Shown one piece after another: positions 31,743 to 64,000 of a stretch of DNA of 64,000 nucleotides. The position numbers and the translations under genes were made by a program. This DNA is from Hormiphora californensis (taxonomy: Eukaryota; Animalia; Ctenophora). The stretch's first letter is position 1; every line of letters starts with the position of its first letter. Below the pieces are notes generated by a model. It was given only the letters and a program-made list of their open reading frames with translations, did no database searches and had not been told where the DNA came from. The stretch lies in assembly GCA_020137815.1 (NCBI GenBank), contig CM035359.1, positions 1,364,001-1,428,000 on the forward strand, given 5' to 3'.

Positions 31743-32484
31743 TTAAAGTCCAATTTTTTATTTAAGCGACAGGCCGCCGCGCACTCAATTGGTAATTTGG
31801 TCATATCTCCGGTTCCTGATAAGATAAAGACTTCATCCTGGTTGCGTTGGAAAGATAAAATTTTTATCTTTCCAATGGCACCAAGAAAAAGTCGCTAGCT
31901 CATCAGGAACCGGAAATCGATTTCAAGCGCTGCATTTTGATGCGCGGCGGCCTGTCGCTTAAAGTTGAATTTTAAATTTAAGCGACAGGCCGCCGCGCAC
32001 AAAAAACTAGTTAATTGGTCATATCTCCGGTTCCTGATAAGATAAAGTCTTGCTCTTGGTTGCGTTGGAAAGGTAAAAATTTTATCTTTCCAATGGCGCC
32101 AAGAAAAAGTCACTAGCTTATCAGGAACAGCGGTAAACCGGAAATTGCGTTCAAGCGCTGCATTTTGATGCGCGGCGGCCTGTCGCTTAAAGTCGAATTT
32201 TTTATTTAAGCGACAGGCCGCCGCGCATTCAAAGAAGTCGCGCGGCGTTGTATTTGCGCGTGACAATTCGAGAAACCTTTTCGCTCATATCTCCAGTTCC
32301 TGATAAGATAAAGAATTGATCTTAGTTGCGTTGGAAAGGTCTTGAAATTACCTTTCCAACGCTTCCGGGTTCAAGTCTTAAGATTACCAGGAACTTGATC
32401 TCGATTATCACGCGCAAATACAACGCCGCGCGACCTCTTTGAATGCGCGGCGGCCTGTCGCTTAAATAAAAAATTCGACTTTAA
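31743..32484. mobile_element. Three stacked TTAA-bounded MITE copies (Kolobok-like); last copy 32191-32480 complete
   Basis: TTAA|AGTCGAATTTTTTATTTAAGCGACAGGCCGCCGCGCA ... TGCGCGGCGGCCTGTCGCTTAAATAAAAAATTCGACT|TTAA. Two truncated copies lie upstream. Confidence 0.8.
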
Positions 32485-33665
32485 CAGGGCAGACGGCAGC
32501 TTGCTGATGAACAAAAACATGACATGACCAAACAATGTTTGAAACATTGAACCAGTAGCATCTTCCTTTTTTCGCCAGTGTAGGGAGTCAAATTATAAAC
32601 ATCTTTTAGTTTTATAAATAAGGTAACAAAATTAAAAATATGATAATGAATAGCATGGTAATCAGGCAATTGATAATTATAAATATAACACACAGATCCG
32701 CATTTTTCACATAAATTATGGGAACTATCAGTATCAGTTTCTCAGCTATTGAGAGAAAATTGTTGATTAGCTGCATAATTAACGAGGAAGCTGTGTTTTC
32801 TCCTTCCGGCCGGATCTGGACCACTGACCAGCTTTATGAAATGAGTACTAGAGTATTAGACGGGTTTTAATTTTGATATCATATTGTAGAACGTAGCGTT
32901 GTTCTACAATAAAACCCTATTCAGTTCGTATCCCGACCAAAAGGAGAAAACACAACTTTCACAGTTACTTTACACCCATGAAATCTACATGTCCTCTCAC
33001 CTCGACAGCTCATCACCGCCACAATCACAGCCCGTATGTCGTATGACTCTTCTTATAAGCTTCGAGTATTTTAGAATATAGAGTCCATGGCCTTTTTATG
33101 GTCTTTGTAGAGTAAAATCTTTATTAATACCAGATCCAATGTCATCGTAAGTCAGAGCAGCCACGTCATTACGCCAATAATTGATAAGCCGGCTTCATTA
33201 GACACTAGCGTTCCCCTTGCACTGCACTGCACTTGCACTTGTAGTCCTCTATATATATATTTTGTAGTCCTCCACATATAGTTTTGCACTAGCAGCTCCT
33301 TCAGTTACTGAAATGGAAAAAACAATTTACAATTTAAGTTTACAATAACAGTAACACAGTTATAGTGGATAGTCCTAACACAAAACTATGGTACAACCAC
33401 ACCCGTACACTTGCTCCCTTTTCAAAGAAATATCCCCAATAACAAATGAAAATTTCATTTGTTATAGGGGATATTGATATTTTTATTTATAAATCCGAAT
33501 AAGCTAAATAACTCGGACAGTAACAACATTACTATCTTTTCAGTGACAATTAATGTATTGACACAGTTATAAACACACACACATACACACGTCACAGTTC
33601 TAGTTATGCATGTCACAGCTATGAATGAAGGAAGCCGGTCAGTGGGGAATACTGACGTACGCATT

Positions 33666-34012
33666 GAAGTGAGAGTGGACAGAAGCAGAATTGGAGAAGC
33701 TTGATTGAGGTAGTAGAGCATATAACTTTCCGAGTATTTTCCATTTTTCCCGCTCTCAAAAGATACAATGATACATTCCTCGCTGTGAAATTGCTCTCTA
33801 TTATACACACGGCGGGGCAGGTTCACTGTTCGGGCATACACGCCCAGTGCCCACAGAACATAGCGAGATAGAGTTCCAGCCCCCTGGTAACAAATATAAT
33901 AGAGCGAGGAATGTATCTTTTCAGAGCGGGAAAAGTGAAAATACTCGGAGAGTTCTGCTCTACTACATCAATCAAGCTTGTCCAATTCTTTTTCTGTCTA
34001 CTCTGACTTTAA
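33666..34012. mobile_element. Degenerate palindromic MITE, same family as 61791-62259
   Basis: AGTGAGAGTGGACAGAAGCAGAATTGG...GCTTGTCCAATTCT...CTCTGACTTTAA with long imperfect inverted arms. Confidence 0.7.
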
Positions 34013-34355
34013 CGAGACTTACCAATTTCTATCGCACAGGGTTAATAATATCGTGTACTGGTCCTGGGCTTTTTGTCAGCTTTGTGCTTGTTATGAGGCG
34101 ATCCCATATATTATCTGGTCATATTCCAAACAAATAGATATCACTGTCTCGACCCTGCATGAGGAGAGAATATATCAGTAGTCAGTACAAAGGATGGGAG
34201 CAGGTTTAGGGACATCCAACATCTATTTAGTTTTTTATCGGTTGTTGGGACGTGGAGAGGTAGGGCCTAATGAAGAGATTAGATATCAGTACGGAGGTTG
34301 GGAGCAGGTTTTAGGAAATCCTACATTTATCTACTGTCATCATCTTTTTAGATAT

Positions 34356-34597
34356 ACCTTACTCTCGATTTTTAAGAAACGCTTTAGTAAGAAACTTTTT
34401 TATAAGAAACTTTTCAAATGTAAATCACACAATTCAGAGACACCACAACAAAATAGAACACCCCCAACTTGTTTAGTTTCTTGATATAGAAGAAATTCTT
34501 TTTGTTTTTGGATTGCTTACACTTGAAGTTTCCTAGAAAAAAGTTTCTTATTGAAAAGTTTCTTGAAATATGAGAGCTTAATTAACGAGAGTAAGGT
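34356..34597. mobile_element. Short MITE with 12-bp TIRs
   Basis: ACCTTACTCTCG ... CGAGAGTAAGGT with internal AAGAAAC/GTTTCTT repeats. Confidence 0.55.
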
Positions 34598-34774
34598 TTT
34601 CTCCGCTGATGTGGGGTACTGGGTAGGGCCTAAATTAGATCGCGTAATTTAGAGATTACAAATCAGTTCATGGTGACCCACACATGCTCACCCTTCACAC
34701 AGACACCCCACACAAACATCCACTACTACCACACCCCTCCCCCCTCCGCATCCCCCTCCCTTCCCAAACTCAGA

Positions 34775-35440
34775 ATCTCCATCTCTCCATCTCTCCATCT
34801 CTCCATCTCTCCATCTCTCCATCTCTCCATCTCTCCATCTCTCCATCTCTCCATCTCTCCATCTCTCCATCTCTCCATCTCTCCATCTCTCCATCTCTCC
34901 ATCTCTCCATCTCTCCATCTCTCCATCTCTCCATCTCTCCATCTCTCCATCTCTCCATCTCTCCATCTCTCCATCTCTCCATCTCTCCATCTCTCCATCT
35001 CTCCATCTCTCCATCTCTCCATCTCTCCATCTCTCCATCTCTCCATCTCTCCATCTCTCCATCTCTCCATCTCTCCATCTCTCCATCTCTCCATCTCTCC
35101 ATCTCTCCATCTCTCCATCTCTCCATCTCTCCATCTCTCCATCTCTCCATCTCTCCATCTCTCCATCTCTCCATCTCTCCATCTCTCCATCTCTCCATCT
35201 CTCCATCTCTCCATCTCTCCATCTCTCCATCTCTCCATCTCTCCATCTCTCCATCTCTCCATCCCTTAATCTCTCAATCTCTCAATCTCTCTATCTCTCT
35301 ATCTCTCTATCTCTCCATCCCTTAATCTCTCAATCTCTCTATCTCTCTATCTCTCTATCTCTCTATCTCTCTATCTCTCTATCTCTCTATCTCTCTATCT
35401 CTCTATCTCTCTATCTCTTCATATCCATCTCTCCATCTCC
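34775..35440. repeat. (ATCTCTCC)n octamer satellite (~60 copies) grading into (ATCTCTCT)n
   Basis: Direct reading. Confidence 0.95.
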
Positions 35441-35969
35441 ATGCAAAACGCACACTCATGACTAGAGATAGATAAACGTAATTGAAGCAAAGAAAAGAAA
35501 TGGTAGTTGGGTGGCGCCCTTGTTGGGACAGCTCTGCTTCCCAGCTGTTCGACACAGGGAGGACTCATGAAGAAAAGAAAGCCAATTAGAAATAGACATA
35601 AATGGGTGATTCAAAGATGACGTCCACTGTCCAGGAGTAGGGGAGGGGCCAGGGGGAGGTAACCGGCGGACCTTACCTGGAGTTATGAGTAAAGTCAAAG
35701 ATATAATTTTAGTGAATATCCTCAAGCTCCTCCATCATGATAGTAAACACCTCAAACTGCTTCTGGGATTGTAGTTTTACTAATTTATCCTGTTTTTTCA
35801 TTTTTACAAACATCCTAAATGGAAAGGGTGGCTTTCACATCGGTAAGCGGTAAATGTTAGGCCCTAACTTGGTATAGGGCGTTCTGGTACATTTAATATG
35901 GTAAACCTCAACCCAACCCAATCGACAACCGGCCTAACAGAGGTCAGGGACATACAAAAGATAGAGAGG

Positions 35970-36029
<60 letters not shown>

Positions 36030-37374
36030 CAGAGAGAGACAGAGAGAGGTCATTGGTCAAGCACGAGATCAAGCACGAGGTCGAGCACGAGGTCGAGCAC
36101 AAGGTCAGCACAAGGTCTGGACACGGTCGTGGAGAAGGTCTGCGATGAAATGAACAGATTCCAGACATTTTGATTTATTTTTCAAACTCGCGCGGCTCAT
36201 CAATGTGACTTACCTGATTTTGATTTGCGCGTGACTGTGCACTACCTGTGTTCTCGACCTGTGCACTACCTGAACATTTCCGAGTATGCTCATGTCACGT
36301 GATCCAAGGCGCGTCACGCCGAGTTTGAAAAATGAAAGTTTAGAATTTTTCAATTGATAAGCGCGGCGCGGCAACGCGCATTGCTAATGGCATTGTTAAT
36401 AAAATTAACTCGCGCGTTCCATTTCTATGAATCCATGATGAAGTCAACTATTTCATGAATTTTACACCGGAGCTCCTGCCACTCCCCTAGGTTTCAGTGT
36501 GTCACATGGAAGACTCCCACCGGCAGGAATGGATACATAATACATATGCTAGTGTCTAACGGTGTATAAGGTCCATATGCATATGTCATATGCATAACAC
36601 AGTACACACTGTGAGTGCACTCGAGTGTCCAGACAGAGCTGAGCTGTCTGGCGCCGCGACCCATCTGAGAATCAAATGGGGTATGGCGCCGCCATACAGG
36701 ACAGAGCTGAGCCAGTGCACTGCACTGAGAGTAAGTGCAGTGGTTCAGCAACTGCCACTGCCAATGCCTAACTCAGCTCCAACTTGGACTCTCGTTCTGT
36801 CTGAGTGTCTGCAGAAACTCCAAGTTGGAGTCCAAGCTTTCAGCAGACAGAACGAGAAACTGAAACTGCAGAAGGATGGATCCATGTCGTGGATTCCGCC
36901 CACTTCTGTGGATCATCCACTGGCTGGAGGAGGAACATCCTGTCCTACTCCTAGCTTCCTGCTTTAGTTTCACTTTCCAAGGCAGGTGTTGGCCCTTATT
37001 TTGAATAAAATAATACTGCATTATTTCGTGAGTTCCGCAATTCAACATTTGTGTATCACATCGTATAAATCATCATGCAAACTCTGACACACAATCATTT
37101 TTAAACAACCCTCCTAGCAATAGCTCTCTCTCTCTCTCTCTCTGCATGTGTGGGTGTAGTGCTGCTACGGTTACTCCAGCAACACTCTCATAGTTGAACA
37201 AATAACGGTGACACAGACAATCACTCTCAAGTATTTTCCTGATCAGGGTGATTAGGTCGCCTGAATACAGACTGATTAATTGATTTCGCGGGGGCGTAAA
37301 AACTCTCAAACACGGTTCTGGAATACTTAAAATCTAAATTTCTTTCTCGAGGCAGTCTAACATTCAGAAGAGTT

Positions 37375-59781
<22,407 letters not shown>

Positions 59782-61790
59782 CCTGGGAACCAAATCCAGC
59801 CAATTATAAATCAAATCCAGCCAATTATAAACCAAATCCAACTGCAATCAAACAACCAACAAATCGGGTGAAATGTGTTTTAAAAAGCCACAATTTATCA
59901 ATCGATAACATAAATCTAGCACTAACAAGCCTCGACAAAACACAAGTTCTCTCCGTACTGATCACTTTTTCTTCGCAGTGCATGTGTTATCACGGTGCAC
60001 TAGGCAACTACTAGTCACGTGACGGGCCAGTTGGCAAGGACAGGGTCACGTGGGAGCGTGTAGCGGATTGAGTGCACTGAGTGGAGATCACATGCAGTCA
60101 TTGAAAAAGATAGAGAGAGATAGGGAGGGATAGAGAGGGAGGATAGAGAGGAGGGATAGAGAGGTAGGATAGAGAGATAGGGGAGGACAAAGAGAGATAG
60201 CAGCTGCTAGGTGTGATTACTCAGAGAGAGGGACATCGAGTTATAACGAGATAGATCGGAGTCGTAAGGTCAGAGAGACAAGGAGAGAGAAATAACAGAG
60301 ATACAAGGAGAGACAGAAATAACAGAGATAGGAAAAGGTGAAGTGACCGATAGATTTTGGATTCGTAACGAAATTCTGTATCAAAATGGATAATAACAGG
60401 AGACATAAAAGCTTGATTACTACAAAATTCTATACTCTGGACTACCTAAAGCCCTAAAAGGATCATGGAAGGTCTTCAGAAAGTTCTTATTTCCTGTATT
60501 TAATGTGTGACTGTGGTCTGAAACCCCTTAGGAGAACGGAGCTTTTCTGAGTTACCTTTCCGAGACGAATCCAACGCAACCGGAATTAGCTTTATATATT
60601 ATCGGGAAGGTTGGGCCTCTGATTGGCTCATGTACCGAAGTATGACCAAAAAGGAAGGGGGTCAAGTCCAAACATCCCGAAAGTCAGACACTACTGCATT
60701 CGCTTCATCATCAGAGAGCACGGTCATATACAATTGGAGGGGAAGACTATCAGTGTACTTCCCCAGAAGTGTGGAATAATCTACCACTGGAACCAAGTTT
60801 CACCCCTTTTCACATTATCATAAAGTAAGATATAATATAGTCAAATATGCACTATCCAGTCACTGGTAACACTTATACTTATTAATTTAATTTTCCTAAA
60901 TTACGTCAGAACTTCCAGAATCTAACACTCGTATGTATGGTCACAACGATACGGTTCCTGCTTCTCTAATTAATCCCTTTATCGCTCCATAGCTCGTCCC
61001 TTTTCTGTCAGGCCAGTGCTCTGACCACAGTTCTCGCTGAGAGTTGAGAAACGAGAATGGATCAGGTCAATGCTCTGACAGTTCCTTTTACACAGCTGTA
61101 TAGATACACTGTGACCCTTTTTACCCTTTTTGGGGAAGCTTCCTTTTGCTTCTTTCATGTTCTTTTTTATCGGTGTATCATGGCTGTAGATTTCAATTTC
61201 GTTAAATCTTATATGAAACCTTTTAGGCCTAGACCTAATTAGGTACTTTTTGACATCTCGTTGTAACTGAACTGAACTGATAAAATATCGATATATCATG
61301 TCGAAAAGACAATTATAATTAAATAGGTTTCAAGTTCAACAAGCAAACGCCACATTTTGCAGCTTTGTGCGATCTGGTTTAAAAACGACCGAATTCTCCG
61401 TATTATATTCAGCCATTATAGGTTCTTTGATCTTTAGTTTTCACCGACCTAATACTATAATACACCGGTTTACAACTCTAGATATCAATTATACCATGAT
61501 CAAAAATCAAGGATTTTTACACCTGCCTGTACTTACTCTACTTTTTTAGCTCTCCCAGCTCTTTGTCTTTGTCTTTGACTAGAGTTAGAGGTTCTCAATT
61601 ATATTCTTCTTGTTGGTGTTGATAGACAGAACTCGGAATTCCTTTCACTCAATTTTCTACTGTAGAAAGCGCTATTTATCCATTATATATCTATTCTTTA
61701 CTTCTATGTGTGTATTGTCTGATATATTAGTTAAATGCAGCTATGTTTTATTTGTCAGCTGCCCTCTTGTTTATACTTGTTTTATCTTAA

Positions 61791-62259
61791 AGTGAGAGTG
61801 GACCGAATCAGAATTGGACAAGTTTGTTGTAGGTAGTAGAGATTAGCGCTCTGAGCATTTTGCGTTTTTGCCGCTCAAAATCGACACACCCATCACTGAG
61901 ATATTTTTGTTATGTTTGGAGAACTCCTGTTTAATCAGTATGTAAAAAACAGAATAGAAACAATCGTCGTGTTTTACTAACACATTCTAAATATAAGGAG
62001 TGAGGTTGACATGCTCATGCACAGAAGCAGAACAATGCAAGTTAGCATATTGGAAATTTAAAGAATGTGTTAGTAAAACACAAGGATTGTTTCTATCCTG
62101 TTTGATAAATATTGATCCAGCAGGAATTCTCCCAACATAACAAAAATATCTCAGTGATGGGTGGGTCGATTTTGAGCGGCAAAAACGCAAAATGCTCAGA
62201 AAGCTAATCTCTACCACCTACAACAAACTTGTCCAATTCTGATTCGGTCCACTCTCACT
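61791..62259. mobile_element. Palindromic MITE with TTAA TSD (Kolobok-like AG termini)
   Basis: TTAA|AGTGAGAGTGGACCGAATCAGAATTGG ... CCAATTCTGATTCGGTCCACTCTCACT|TTAA. ~200-bp arms. Confidence 0.9.
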
Positions 62260-62481
62260 TTAAGTACTACCGATAGCAACATTAAAAGTTTCATAAAAAT
62301 AAGTTGATCCTTGCCAACGAAGTTGACCTGTCTAGACACTTCTAGAACTGTCTAGACATGTCTGCTGCATTTTACAAAGTTTGCTTACTGAACCCCGGAC
62401 CCCCCCCCCCCCCCGACTATAGTGTTTACCATAATCTACTAAGACGTCTCTTGATCCCCTTAGATCCCATTTTATCAGAAA

Positions 62482-63880
62482 ATGTCCCCCTACGTCTTTC
62501 TACTTGCCCTGGTTTCGTGCACCTGTGCAGTTAAGCTGACAGAAGAAATGAAAGACAAGATCAAAGGATTTGTTGAAAGCGGTAAGAAATTGGGGAAACA
62601 GAATTAGTAGGGTGAGCAGACTCGAATAGGTAATACAGTGTAAAACGAAGAACACGAAACTTGCAGTAAAAGTTACATATATTCTTACCAAGCTAGACTG
62701 CAATAATAAGGGTTTGAACAAGACAAACCTATTCTTGTTTATTTGTTTGTTTGTTTGTTTGTCTGGACCTATTCTTGAATTCTCCCTACACAGGTTTCCC
62801 GTGTATGAACACAGCCGGTTTTACCATGGGGGTGATAACATTGGAGGATCCGACTAATAACTTTACCTTCGTTACAGGTAAAAGGTAAGATGAGGACTAA
62901 AATATAGTTAGCACCCGGGGGATATATGACCCACTGTCAGGGCATTGGCCTGACCCAAATTATCATTTCTTTCAAATAAGAGCGTGAGCAATTCTCAGAG
63001 CATTGTGGTCAATGGTCCAATGAGGCATGAAATATTCTTAAATCCTAGAAACAGAGAAGAAAACATAGACGTTGATGAGAGTACGTTGTTTGGCATTGGA
63101 TCTACGTCAAAAGCACTAACTACAATAGTTGCAAATAAGGTACCTAACAAGCCATAATTGCATCGCTCTTCTGAGTGCGGGCAAAAAGTGACCGGCCCCG
63201 CCAGACAGAACAGTTAGGAGTAAGTTAATCAATATCCAACTTCTATCATATTTAGGTATTAATAGAACGGGGAGTGACGTGGGATACGCCAATAAAAGAG
63301 TTTTATCCAGATCTCCTGTTCAAAGATCAACAGAGATCGGATGAGGTAACGATCTTAGTAGTAGCCTAAATATTGTCATTCTATAATAAATAGGAACCAC
63401 CCTCAACTCTCAAGTACCACTCAAAAATCTTCACATGCTCCTAAAGCTCACAGCCTATCACATTCTTTGCAGGTGACGTTTCGAGATCTCTTCGGGCACA
63501 GAACATGCCTAAACCGGGCAGATTCAATATGGACGTCGGGCACGGAAGGTTTTACACTCGACTTTCTTTTAGAGAAAATACAACATCTTGAGGAGGTAAA
63601 AATAAACTGTTTTAAATAAAAAGAAAAACATTAATCTGTTTTAAATAAAAAGAAAAACATACCATATTTATCTGTTTTAAATAAAAAAAGAAGTTGAAGT
63701 ACATACTAAGTAGAAGTCCCAATTGGGGAAATATTTCGCCTTCGTTATCACATTTGGCATTAGAGATCTAGGATATTGAATAACCACCATGATTCTCTCA
63801 GATGTGTCCGTTTCGGTCAAGGTTTGTTTATAACAATCTCATGTACGCAATTGGAGGTCGGATCGTCTCTTTACTTGCAG
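62482..63880 (+). CDS. Secreted beta-lactamase-fold (class C/PBP-like) serine hydrolase, 5' part; continues beyond the window
   Basis: In-phase exons 62482-62581, 62794-62884, 63049-63139, 63256-63345, 63473-63595, 63802-63880. Signal peptide MSPYVFLLALVSCTCA, SxxK in TLFGIGSTSKALT, then WDTPI, TFRDLFGHRT, and YxN in FVYNNLMY. Confidence 0.85.
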
Positions 63881-64000
63881 GTGAGCTAGTTTAACAAGAA
63901 TACAAATCACTACTACAATCTACTACAATCTACTACACTCACACCAACAAAATCAGTAAAAGCATTTTTCTTTCAAATAAAGTTCAAATGAGGGCTTGCC

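Noticed and set aside
34670-35325. Long ORFs (SISPSLHL / MERWRDGE repeats)
   Set aside because: Translations of a stop-free octamer satellite.

Overview
This is eukaryotic (animal) genomic DNA, intron-rich and repeat-rich. It is most likely a ctenophore such as Pleurobrachia; that is inferred from recalled lineage-typical repeats (the CAGGAACCGACCGAA.../TACAGTCGGACCCCGATTTACCGG MITEs) and is not verified. Gene models were built by hand from GT-AG boundaries and exon phases. They are: (1) a secreted protein with two WSC-like Cys domains (+, 1044-4280); (2,3) a tandem pair of paralogous coiled-coil proteins that both end in CaaX boxes (-, 5692-7448 and 9555-16079), the longer one hosting an antisense nested secreted DUF gene; (4) a disrupted papain-family cathepsin (-, ~18745-20391); (5) a near-complete LINE (-, ~22.4-30.8 kb) whose ORF2 is split by three nested insertions; (6) a large STAND/NB-ARC-like NTPase + TPR gene (-, 37375-59781); (7) the 5' part of a secreted beta-lactamase-fold serine hydrolase (+, from 62482). 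The introns of gene 6 carry a nested neuropeptide-precursor-like gene with an RFX X-box array, a 4.5-kb Polinton/Maverick-type non-autonomous element, and a foldback element. The most unusual observations are the mini-Polinton with its own compact TATA-driven genes and a recurring pattern of tandem repeats that multiply the 3' splice site in four different genes.
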